Part shown: positions 56,218-64,000 of the stretch, one piece after another
Position numbering within the stretch: position 1 is the first letter of the stretch
How the letters are laid out: every line of letters starts with the position of its first letter
Virus record (IMG/VR): IMGVR_UViG_3300007504_000003
Coordinates: 62,160-126,159 of that record
DNA length: 64,000 nt
Source: a virus
Direction: 5' to 3' (one strand)
Translations under genes and position numbers: made by a program
The notes under the pieces: model-generated
What the model was told of the DNA's origin: nothing
Seen by the model: the letters and a program-made list of their open reading frames with translations, nothing else
Database searches by the model: none

Positions 56218-57654
56218 ATGGTTAAGTGTCCTCATTGTTCGCGGGAATTCAAGGGCTCCAAACTCAACGCCCGCCACCTGTCGATCTGCAACCCGAGTGC
56301 GAGACCGCGGGTAGAGCCCTGTCTTTGTGGTCATGAGGCGACTTCCCTGACCCAGATGAAGAGGCATCGTCGGGGGTGTGAGATCTGGCGTTCTCGGGAC
56401 AAGAAGGCCCTCGCGTCAGCTCGCCGTAAGGCTACAAACCTGAAGCGATATGGGGTAGAGGATGCCTCTCAGACTGCGGAGGCACGGGCTCGGAGGGCTG
56501 CGACGAATAAGGTCCGCTACGGGGCTGAGAACGTCTTCTGCCGGGAGTCCGGGGTCTTCGACAAGGTGCAGGCCAGTCTGGAGGGAAAGCGGTTCAGACC
56601 GGACGTGAGCCCCTTTGCTGACCCTGAGGTCCAGGCGAAGAGCCGATTGACTGTCCGAGAGCGGTACGGGGTCGAGAACGTCCAGCAGGTGCCGGAGATC
56701 CGGGCTCGTACCGAGGCCACGATGCGGGAGAGGTATGGGGGTTCGTTGATGGCTTCTGCTAAGCTGGCTGCGAAGGCCCGAGCGACGAATGAGGCTCGGT
56801 ATGGGGATGCCTGTCCCCAGCGGACGGACGAGGTGAAGGAGCGTCAGCGGCAGACGAACCTGGAGCGGTGGGGAGTGGAGTGGACGGGTCAGCACCCGGA
56901 GGTTCGTGCTCGCCAGCTAGCGACTCACCACGAGCGATATGGATCCCACTGGTTCGCGTCTGACGAGGGGAAGGAGGTTGTCCGGGCTGCGATGCTGGAG
57001 AGGTACGGGGTGGATCATCCGGCGAAGATGGAGGGCTTCTGGGAGAAGGTGGTTATGACTTTCCGGGAACGCTATGGGGTAGACCACCCTCTTCAGGACC
57101 CCGAGTTTCAGGCCAAACAGCGGGCTACGAACATTGAGCGGCATGGGTGGGATTACTACATCAACTCCGTTGAGTTTGTTCGATCTTGTTTTATTGGGGC
57201 TGGGGTTCCCTTGCCGGAGGTTCTCCCATACCACCCGATGAAGAATAGGGAGTACGCCCGTAAGCACCTGGAGAGAATGGGGGCAGGTATACCGGGACCC
57301 AACGGGCTTGAATCCAAGGTACTCAACTTGGCTCCGCCAGGGTCTCTGACGTTCACGGGCGACAGAAAGTGGTGGCGGTGGCTCCCTCTCCTGGGGCGGC
57401 ACAAGAACCCGGATTTCATCGTTCCGGGCCCGGATCCTGATCATCCCTTCCGTGGGGTCACGAAGGCTATTGAGGCGTTCGGTGATTTCTGGCATTCCCG
57501 CATGTTCACCGGCAAGGCTCCCTTTGCCCATGAGAGCGAGCTGGTAGCGGCCTATGCCGAGATTGGGATTGCGTGTTTGGTGGTGTGGGAGTCTGAGGTC
57601 AAGACAGACCCGGAGGGGGTGCGGTCTCGGTTGTCTGAGTTTCTCAGCGGCTAA
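56218..57654 (+). CDS. homing-endonuclease-like protein: zinc finger, RYGV repeats, PD-(D/E)xK/Vsr-like nuclease
   Basis: CPHC..H..C; about 10 [NR]xERYGV repeats; KNPDFIV...IEAFGDFWH...LVVWESE. Confidence 0.7.
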   Translation: MVKCPHCSREFKGSKLNARHLSICNPSARPRVEPCLCGHEATSLTQMKRHRRGCEIWRSRDKKALASARRKATNLKRYGVEDASQTAEARARRAATNKVRYGAENVFCRESGVFDKVQASLEGKRFRPDVSPFADPEVQAKSRLTVRERYGVENVQQVPEIRARTEATMRERYGGSLMASAKLAAKARATNEARYGDACPQRTDEVKERQRQTNLERWGVEWTGQHPEVRARQLATHHERYGSHWFASDEGKEVVRAAMLERYGVDHPAKMEGFWEKVVMTFRERYGVDHPLQDPEFQAKQRATNIERHGWDYYINSVEFVRSCFIGAGVPLPEVLPYHPMKNREYARKHLERMGAGIPGPNGLESKVLNLAPPGSLTFTGDRKWWRWLPLLGRHKNPDFIVPGPDPDHPFRGVTKAIEAFGDFWHSRMFTGKAPFAHESELVAAYAEIGIACLVVWESEVKTDPEGVRSRLSEFLSG

Positions 57655-58051
57655 CTAGCCGGTGCCGGCGGAGGTGTCCGCCGATACCTCGGTACATGTT
57701 GTCTTTGGAGATATCTCCTCCGACCATGTCGATGTGGTAGTTCTTTGAGAGCCTCTTCTGGCCCTTTTTGTCGAAGATTTCAACGAGGAGGGGCTCTAGA
57801 AAGTCCGTCTCGGTGAAACGGACTTCTGCTCCACTGTCGAAGTAGATGGTAGCTACGTTCCCGCGGACGCTCCAATCGTCGATATATCGACGATATTTGC
57901 GGGCGAATTCTTTCGCGTAGACTTCTAGCCCGTATCGGGACGCCTTCACGACTCCCGCGAGGATCGCTCTCCTCGTCTCATCCCCGATGGGGAGGGAGTC
58001 CGCGAGATGGATTAGGGCACGTCGGTCGCTTGCAGTCAGGAGTCGGGGCAT
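57644..58051 (-). CDS. leader-tagged protein of unknown function
   Basis: MPRLLTASDRRALIHLADSLPIGDETRRAILAGVVKAS. Confidence 0.6.
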   Translation of the reverse strand: MPRLLTASDRRALIHLADSLPIGDETRRAILAGVVKASRYGLEVYAKEFARKYRRYIDDWSVRGNVATIYFDSGAEVRFTETDFLEPLLVEIFDKKGQKRLSKNYHIDMVGGDISKDNMYRGIGGHLRRHRLVSR

Positions 58052-58110
58052 TCTGGGCCTCACTACAAACTGTCCCCATAAATGTTTTACCGGTGGAGGT
58101 CCGCCCCAAG

Positions 58111-58344
58111 TCAGGGTAGGTGCGTTACGGAACCCGTAGGCTCGATCAACCACACTTCATCCTCGCCGTGCTGGAGATCGAAGGTCTCGCCGTACATTTG
58201 AATCGAAAGTCTCTCCGGGTTCTCTCCTGAGGAGAGAAGGAATCGGTAGAGGGTGTCGATCGCCTCTGGGGGTGTCGGCTTCCGGGAGAAGATGGCGGCG
58301 ATGATGAGACCCGTCTCGGGACAGATTCGGTAGAGAAGGTACAA
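58111..58344 (-). CDS. small hypothetical protein
   Basis: TTG start after GGAG with TCGTATA motif upstream. Confidence 0.5.
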   Translation of the reverse strand: MYLLYRICPETGLIIAAIFSRKPTPPEAIDTLYRFLLSSGENPERLSIQMYGETFDLQHGEDEVWLIEPTGSVTHLP

Positions 58345-58370
58345 GAAAGGCTCCGGTAGGGTTCCCCTGG

Positions 58371-58398
58371 ATATACGAACGAGCCGGGAGAATTTGCG
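58371..58398 (-). promoter_or_regulatory. ECF-like promoter motif
   Basis: CGCAAATTC-N11-TCGTATAT. Confidence 0.55.
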
Positions 58399-58686
58399 GT
58401 GCCGAATAACGAGGTCACTCCCGCGGACGCGGTCGCCTACTTGAACGAGCTGGTGCGACTTGATCGCCCTGCGATGCACGCTCTTGTAGAGAGCCGTGTA
58501 CCCTGTCAGGAGGCTTTAGCGGACCACCCCACGGTCCAGGTAGTCTCGGACGGTGAAGACGCCGTGGTGGGCTTCCTGGGGGTCCTGAACGGGTTGTTTG
58601 GAACTGACGCGGAGGGGTGGGGTGCTATCGCTGCTGTGTTTGATGAGCAGGGAGATCTGCTCCGGTTCAAGGAGCGGGGGTCTTGA
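58399..58686 (+). CDS. conserved phage hypothetical protein
   Basis: LADHPTVQV...VGFLGVLNGLFG. Confidence 0.6.
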   Translation: MPNNEVTPADAVAYLNELVRLDRPAMHALVESRVPCQEALADHPTVQVVSDGEDAVVGFLGVLNGLFGTDAEGWGAIAAVFDEQGDLLRFKERGS

Positions 58687-59152
58687 GGTCTCCGTCCGGG
58701 TGAGTCTCATTCCACCACTCTGCTGACCACTCGCGTGCCCGGGAAATCGGGGGGTCTCCCTCCGGAGCCCGTCCGGTTTTTCCGAGGACTCTGTCCATTG
58801 CTGCCTCGGCCTGGATCACCTGGGAGAGGGTGTGGGAGAAGCTATAGGAGTAGGGGAGGTTCCACCAGTATCTCGGGAAGATGGTGCCCCGGTAGACTTC
58901 CAGCAGCCGGAGTCGGTTTTGGAAGATTCGGGGGACGATAGTCCCCCGGTCATACCGATGACCGGTTTTCTCCGCCATCAGATCGCTGAGCCCCCGAGCG
59001 AGAATGGCGTGTGTGTTGGCGTGCTCGGCCCATCGCACCGTGTGGGCCAGTCGCTCCTCTTCCTCTCCCGACCCGGGGTCATAGAAGACGAGGTAGGTGC
59101 GGCTGAACTTGGAGCGGCTCTTGCGATTTTCTACTTGACCGACACAGATCAT
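58667..59152 (-). CDS. hypothetical protein
   Basis: start MICVGQ inferred. Confidence 0.45.
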   Translation of the reverse strand: MICVGQVENRKSRSKFSRTYLVFYDPGSGEEEERLAHTVRWAEHANTHAILARGLSDLMAEKTGHRYDRGTIVPRIFQNRLRLLEVYRGTIFPRYWWNLPYSYSFSHTLSQVIQAEAAMDRVLGKTGRAPEGDPPISRAREWSAEWWNETHPDGDLKTPAP

Positions 59153-59193
59153 CCCGGTTTCGGTCTGGGCTCCGGTCAGGTCCGGCCAGTGGA

Positions 59194-59571
59194 TCACAGC
59201 AACCCTCCGCACTGGCAGCAGTAGATGGTTTGACGCCAGCGTCGTTGGAAGGCTCCCCCACCGCAGCCACAGCCGACGATCCGGGGGAACCCGTAATCGT
59301 CGCTGTCCTTTGGCTTTGCGAGTCCCTCGCGGATTTCTCGGGCGGCCTGCTCGGCTTCGTTGCGAGATCTGAAACGAGCCCCACCCTGGAAGAAGCCGGA
59401 GGGATCCTTCACCTTCCAGGGTGACCCCTTCGCTCGGTCGTACCGTCTCCCTTCGGGGGCCTCTTCGATGGGGGAGTAGGACACATCCGGGTCCTCGCTT
59501 TGACGGAAGTGTCGGCCGCAGGACCACCGGATCCAAGGGGGGAGGTTCATGTTGTCGGGATAGTCAGGCAT
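59194..59571 (-). CDS. hypothetical protein with Cys cluster
   Basis: promoter motif directly upstream; GCGCGG...CCQCG. Confidence 0.5.
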   Translation of the reverse strand: MPDYPDNMNLPPWIRWSCGRHFRQSEDPDVSYSPIEEAPEGRRYDRAKGSPWKVKDPSGFFQGGARFRSRNEAEQAAREIREGLAKPKDSDDYGFPRIVGCGCGGGAFQRRWRQTIYCCQCGGLL

Positions 59572-59577
59572 ATCCCG

Positions 59578-59605
59578 GTATACGAATGAGTCCTGGGAAT
59601 TTACC
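59578..59605 (-). promoter_or_regulatory. ECF-like promoter motif
   Basis: GGTAAATTC-N11-TCGTATAC. Confidence 0.65.
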
Positions 59606-59656
59606 GTTCCCAGCTCGACAGGGTGGCTCTCCTGCCTCCAACCGGGCCTGAATACC

Positions 59657-60037
59657 TCAGCCCAGCAGGGCCTTGAAGGGGTTGTGGGTGAGGGGGCTGG
59701 CGTCGGTGGCCTCCGCCAAGCGGCGGGCCTCCTCCTTCGCCTCCCGCTCCTGAGCCGCGTAGAGAGCCGCGATCTCGTCGCGGATCTCGCTCGCCGTCAG
59801 AGCGGCAAACCGCTCGGAGGTCCAGCGGGGGCGGATCCCCCTCATCTCCTTGTAGGTGTCGGAGTAGGCCGACACCGCCAGGGCGTGATCGAGCTGGTCC
59901 GCGGTCTCGATTCCCTGATCGGACCAGAACTTCTGGTCCTCCACGAGGAGCCCGGCGCCGCGGTTGCCAGGGTCCTCCGCGATCCAGGCCCGGGTTTTGG
60001 CGTTGCGGGCGCGGGCGAAGTCAGAAGCGGTCTGCAT
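59657..60037 (-). CDS. conserved phage protein (SDxYKExxGIRPR motif)
   Basis: YSDTYKEMRGIRPR; RBS and promoter motif upstream. Confidence 0.65.
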   Translation of the reverse strand: MQTASDFARARNAKTRAWIAEDPGNRGAGLLVEDQKFWSDQGIETADQLDHALAVSAYSDTYKEMRGIRPRWTSERFAALTASEIRDEIAALYAAQEREAKEEARRLAEATDASPLTHNPFKALLG

Positions 60038-60075
60038 GGGAGGTTCTCCAGGTCTCTGCTTGTTCCTTCGTATAG

Positions 60076-60103
60076 GTATACGACCACCCCTGAAAAAGTT
60101 ACC
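60076..60103 (-). promoter_or_regulatory. ECF-like promoter motif
   Basis: GGTAACTTT-N11-TCGTATAC. Confidence 0.65.
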
Positions 60104-60147
60104 TCGATAGATTGGTTATTTTCAGGGAGGGTAATTTGGGAGTATCC

Positions 60148-60834
60148 ATGTCTACTCTTCGCTCCGCGGTCATCCATCTTGCTCGGGACAATGAGGAGTT
60201 GCGGCCTCATCTCCTCCGGCTGGCTCAGAGGGGCGTTTATGTGGCTCTCCGAGATCTCCCGCCTGTCCTGAAGGGCCCGCTCAAGAGTCTCATGCGGTAT
60301 CGCCGTCAGGAGATTGAGGTCATCCCTTCCGCGACTTTCCGCACGTCAGGCCCGGCGTTTGAGGGGAACCGAAACGTGATGGTTCTCGTCAATCTCCAGA
60401 CCGGGGCGACGGAGTTTCTCCGCGGTGCTTATGGGGGAGCGAATCCTTACGAGCAGACGAAGCTGGTGGACCAGCAGACGGGGGGCATTCCCATCCCTCC
60501 GAATGGGGCTGTGCTCTCTGGGGAGACGGGTGGCCGGGGCAGCTTCGCTCGGATTTACATCCACCCGAGCAATATGGCTCAGATGATCCCGGAGGATTCC
60601 GGGGACTCACTCTCTGACGGAGCAAAGTCCGCTCTCAAGGCGTTTGGGCTGAAGGGTGGGGCTTACCGGCGGGATTACTTCCTGCGGTCGGGCCTTGGTC
60701 GCTACGACGCTGAGAACCAGTACATCCGGGAGCTGGCTGATGCGGGATTGGTCAAGGTCAATCGTAGCGGCGGGATTCGGATCACGACGAAGGGCCGGAA
60801 CGTGAAGAAGAGCCTTCCGGGCTCTTACTACTGA
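60148..60834 (+). CDS. LRSAVIHLA-leader protein of unknown function
   Basis: MSTLRSAVIHLARDNEELRPHLL. Confidence 0.65.
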   Translation: MSTLRSAVIHLARDNEELRPHLLRLAQRGVYVALRDLPPVLKGPLKSLMRYRRQEIEVIPSATFRTSGPAFEGNRNVMVLVNLQTGATEFLRGAYGGANPYEQTKLVDQQTGGIPIPPNGAVLSGETGGRGSFARIYIHPSNMAQMIPEDSGDSLSDGAKSALKAFGLKGGAYRRDYFLRSGLGRYDAENQYIRELADAGLVKVNRSGGIRITTKGRNVKKSLPGSYY

Positions 60835-61247
60835 TCGGACAGCCACCAGCTATCGGCGTCTTCCATGTCGATCTGCTCGTACATCCAATCAGGGAGTGAG
60901 GGTAGACACTCGCAGGTGAACCACTCCCCCTCGGAGGTTCGGGACTTGTAATCCCGAAGCCGGGTGTGGATTCGACGCTCCAGGTTGCCCTGGTTCTTGA
61001 CCAGGAGGAGACACTTGAGTCGATACGGGGAGCCAGTCAGCAGCTCTTTGAGCCGCCGGTTGATGTTACTGGTCCTCCCGACCTTGATCGCCCCGGTCGT
61101 GTGTTGCTGGACGATGTAGAGGTGGGCTCCCTTCCGGGGACGCTTTGCTTTGACGAGAGAAGCTCTCCCCTCCGGGGTCTGGAGAGCGTTTCTGATTGCC
61201 TTGCAACGTGAGCATAAATCCCAGGGGGGACATTTGGGGCAGGGCAT
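60828..61247 (-). CDS. GIY-YIG nuclease, T5orf172/MUG113 family
   Basis: LYIV...IKVGRTSNINRRLKEL.TGSP...ERRIH...GEWF. Confidence 0.85.
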   Translation of the reverse strand: MPCPKCPPWDLCSRCKAIRNALQTPEGRASLVKAKRPRKGAHLYIVQQHTTGAIKVGRTSNINRRLKELLTGSPYRLKCLLLVKNQGNLERRIHTRLRDYKSRTSEGEWFTCECLPSLPDWMYEQIDMEDADSWWLSDQ

Positions 61248-61277
61248 CCGAACGGGCTCAAGCTGAGTCCCGGGACT

Positions 61278-63023
61278 TTACCCGAGCAGGGCGAGCAGGG
61301 TTCGGGCGGCGGCTCTCCGAGCCTTTTTCTTGGAGGGCCCCTCTGCTGTCGCTTCCTTCCCAAGAGCGGCGACGTGGACTCGGAAGACCGGGAGGTGTGA
61401 GACTCCCCCTGAGCGGGTCTCCCGGTACTCGGGGAGAGGTGCCCCGGACTTCTGACAGAACTCTTGGAGAGCCCCGATGGGGTTCTGGCTCTCTGGACTC
61501 GGGACAGGGACAGCCGCTTGAGCCGGCGGAGGCTCAACTCTCTCAACGGGGGGCGGCGGGAGGATACACCCGCTCTTCAAGAGGCAGAGTTGAACACTGA
61601 CTCGCTGGAGTGCCTTTTTCTTGCTGGGGTTCCGGATCGTGGTGGTCTTGAGGTCCCCGAGTTTGCCCTGAGCGAGGAACCCGTCGTCTGCTTCCTTGCA
61701 AGAGATTCTTGCTGCCGGCCAGTCGAGCACCTGCGAGCCCATCGTGAGGAGAGAAGGCCCGTCGTGGGGGTGCTGTACAAGGTGTTCTGTGAAAGCCACT
61801 CTCAGGGGCTCCCAGGAGCTTTCTGAGAGCACCAGGAGCCTGGACAGGAGGGAAACCCGCCCCTGACCCAGCAAGGCCAGGAGAGCCGCCTGGAGGCCCT
61901 CGGGAGCCTCTCCCGGGCCCTCTCTGATGGAGACCTTGACCACTCTGTCGAGCTGCTTTGCTGGGAGGTTGAGGAACGCCCGGGATCCGATCTGATCCCG
62001 GGCTCTTTGGTTGGCGGCGGCTTTTTCGTACTGGCTCCGGCTCTCCCTCCTCTCCTGAAGGCTCGTGTTGATGTAGCAGGCGAGTTCGGTGAGGCCCTCC
62101 TGGGTGTAGGGCCTTTCACCTCGGGCGAGGATCTGCCACCAGTTGACGAGATCCACGTACCTTCGGAGAGGGGAGGTGAAGTGGCCGTAAGCGGAGCTGT
62201 TGAGACCGAAGTGTGGCCTCAGGACAGCTTCATAGATCGCTCGCTCCATGACCAGATGGGTCCGGCGTTGGAGGGCTTGGATGAGGCCCCTGTGTCCAGC
62301 TTGGAAAGCCTCTTCCATCTCTCGTTGGAGGTCTCCTCGCTCGGGAGCGGCGGGTCGGGCTTGATGGGTCCGGAAGAGGATGGGAATCCCTTGCTCAGCG
62401 CAGTAGCTCGCCAACACTTCGTTGGTCAGGATCATCAGCTCTTGAATAATGACGTAGCCGATCGTCCTCTCGTCCGGCTCCAGTTTCTTGAGACCCCCTT
62501 CCTCCGTGGTCACCCACCCGCTGTTCAGGTCGTATAGGACCAGGGCTCCTCGACTCCTACGCCGGTCGAGAAGGCGGACAGCTAACCTCTGGGCACAGGA
62601 GAGCATCGGATTCAGATCGTGATCCCGATCCGCTAGGATGCCCGGGACCTCCGCGTAAGCTACTGCCGCCTGGGAGGTGACCTTCGTGGTCTGGATTGAG
62701 GGGGCACCGACAATGTCCAGGTCAGCATTCATGATGACCTGGACAGCGATGGCGTGCCTCTCCTTTCCCGGGTTCAGGCTGAGCTTCCTCTCCGAGAGGA
62801 AGTGGGGGAGCATCGGGGAGGATCCCCTCGCGAAGTAGCGGGATTCAAGCCTCTGGTAGGCTCCCCGATGCTCGTCTGAGCCTACGTCGTAGCGAGACCC
62901 TTTCTTGATGGCTCGGGCTACGTTGGTGATGTAGACGATGACCTGGAGAGTCCCGTCTGGAGCTTCTTCCAGGTGAAATCCGTCATCCCGATCCCGGGTC
63001 GTGGCTGCGTCGATAGTGATCAT
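61278..63023 (-). CDS. RNase II/RNB-domain exoribonuclease with C-terminal dsRNA-binding domain
   Basis: IDAATTRDRDDG, IQELMILTN, HFGL...YGHFTSPLRRYVDL; dsRBD NPIGALQEFCQK...GPSKKKARRAAA. Confidence 0.88.
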   Translation of the reverse strand: MITIDAATTRDRDDGFHLEEAPDGTLQVIVYITNVARAIKKGSRYDVGSDEHRGAYQRLESRYFARGSSPMLPHFLSERKLSLNPGKERHAIAVQVIMNADLDIVGAPSIQTTKVTSQAAVAYAEVPGILADRDHDLNPMLSCAQRLAVRLLDRRRSRGALVLYDLNSGWVTTEEGGLKKLEPDERTIGYVIIQELMILTNEVLASYCAEQGIPILFRTHQARPAAPERGDLQREMEEAFQAGHRGLIQALQRRTHLVMERAIYEAVLRPHFGLNSSAYGHFTSPLRRYVDLVNWWQILARGERPYTQEGLTELACYINTSLQERRESRSQYEKAAANQRARDQIGSRAFLNLPAKQLDRVVKVSIREGPGEAPEGLQAALLALLGQGRVSLLSRLLVLSESSWEPLRVAFTEHLVQHPHDGPSLLTMGSQVLDWPAARISCKEADDGFLAQGKLGDLKTTTIRNPSKKKALQRVSVQLCLLKSGCILPPPPVERVEPPPAQAAVPVPSPESQNPIGALQEFCQKSGAPLPEYRETRSGGVSHLPVFRVHVAALGKEATAEGPSKKKARRAAARTLLALLG

Positions 63024-63052
63024 ATGAGATACTACGACTGGAGGGCTCTCTG

Positions 63053-63247
63053 ATGGCTTGGAACCGATCGGCAGCGGGGTGGGTCCGGGTGGACGGTGTC
63101 CGGATTCAGAAAACGACGGACGGCTGGCGAGCCTTTCTGCCGAAGGGCCGGCTTCATCTGGGCTTCCCTCCCTGGCCGATCCGGGAGGTCATAGCTCTGG
63201 TAGATGTGGAGTGGCCTCTTTCGGAAGACTACCAGGAGCGGAAGTAG
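63053..63247 (+). CDS. small hypothetical protein
   Basis: 64-aa ORF with GGAGG RBS. Confidence 0.35.
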   Translation: MAWNRSAAGWVRVDGVRIQKTTDGWRAFLPKGRLHLGFPPWPIREVIALVDVEWPLSEDYQERK

Positions 63248-63357
63248 CGACCGATCTCACCTGTCTGACAGCCATCCAGGCCCCCGGCGAGCAGGGAGAC
63301 CAGGATCAGGATGATCGCGACGGTGATGATCAGTTCGATGAGAGTGTAGCTTCGCAT
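63229..63357 (-). CDS. 42-aa type IV pilin-like peptide (absent from ORF track)
   Basis: hand translation MRSYTLIELIITVAIILILVSLLAGGLDGCQTGEIGRYFRSW*; RBS AGGA. Confidence 0.65.
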   Translation of the reverse strand: MRSYTLIELIITVAIILILVSLLAGGLDGCQTGEIGRYFRSW

Positions 63358-63363
63358 GGTGTC

Positions 63364-63687
63364 CTATCGGCCCAGGAGGGCCCGCTTGGCGTAGTTGTAG
63401 CCGCAGCGGAGAGTACAGAAGAGCCCGTCGCCGTTGTACCCCGGCTTTTCCCAGATGGGGTCTCGGGACTTCACTCTCCGCTTCTGCTTGTAGCTGTGAG
63501 TGCCTCCCTCACAGCCCTCGGTCTGACAGTCGAACAGGCTGGGATCCCCTGCGTTGATCTTCCAGTTGGTCTCCCCGCAGAAGTCACACTCGCTCTTCGG
63601 TCGGTGCCACACCCCGGTGTTCTCCCACTCGGTGTGGTAGAAGGGCTGAAGCCTCTTGTTGCAGTAGAGACAGGACCGCTGTGCCAT
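63364..63687 (-). CDS. Cys-rich zinc-finger hypothetical protein
   Basis: CLYC, CDFC, GYNGDGLFCTLRCG. Confidence 0.6.
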   Translation of the reverse strand: MAQRSCLYCNKRLQPFYHTEWENTGVWHRPKSECDFCGETNWKINAGDPSLFDCQTEGCEGGTHSYKQKRRVKSRDPIWEKPGYNGDGLFCTLRCGYNYAKRALLGR

Positions 63688-64000
63688 TGTCAGGCTCCCA
63701 TGTGGTGATAGATGATCCAGGCCAGGACGCCGAAGAAGATGGCGAGGTAGGCGATAGCCTCGATGAGGTCTATAAGGGTAAGTTCACGACGACGGGAAAA
63801 GTTCACCGGTTTCTCAACTTTTTTAGAGATGACTCGGCCCCCGTGAGCGCGTCGCTCCGGGGGCCGACAGGGTTGTGGGGGTCTGTGGTGGGCGGGGGAA
63901 TCCCGCTTGTATAGCCATCGCTGTGGGAGGGGGCGTTCGGGCGGGAGAGGATCATTTTTTCACCGTAGGGGGAGGGGGCCCGGCGGGGGGGGGGGGGGGG

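Noticed and set aside
63962-64000. G-rich end with a terminal poly-G run
   Set aside because: Typical two-colour sequencing artefact or contig-end noise; not treated as a G-quadruplex or genome terminus.
1-64000. Alternative genetic code, rRNA/tRNA genes, integrase or transposase, portal or terminase
   Set aside because: Genes end normally at TAG, TGA and TAA; no diagnostic motifs for the other features were recognised in this window.

Overview
This window is the head-morphogenesis region of a large, high-GC tailed phage genome (Caudoviricetes-like; standard genetic code). The core is a prohead protease interrupted by two LAGLIDADG inteins (12729-16790), an acidic scaffold, a decoration protein and an HK97-type major capsid protein (18982-19857). 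Further along are fibre/decoration genes, a 4.5-kb head-fibre gene and a probable neck/adaptor gene. No portal, terminase, replication genes, tRNA, rRNA or CRISPR array were recognised. The most striking signal is a probable virion cargo system. Unrelated enzyme domains (four HExxH zincins, about four GNAT folds, ART-like domains, an intact topoisomerase IB, a RelE/DUF4258-like domain) carry one of two recurring peptide tags, RVAxR[WY]L or LRxxxIxLA...PLRxxLL. These tags sit at protein termini or between domains of polyproteins, next to [KR]-x-A sites that are also abundant in the scaffold. Two recurring promoter-like DNA motifs split the genes into a structural class (TA[G/T/A]-N5-YTAT) and inserted accessory genes (GGTAAHTTY-N11-TCGTATA, ECF-sigma-like). 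Accessory genes include a sirtuin, sulfotransferase-like and PAPS-reductase-like proteins, a LAGLIDADG-methyltransferase fusion, an RNase II-dsRBD fusion, a Tat-signal protein and an unannotated 42-aa pilin mimic. All family calls come from motif recognition by eye, not from database searches.
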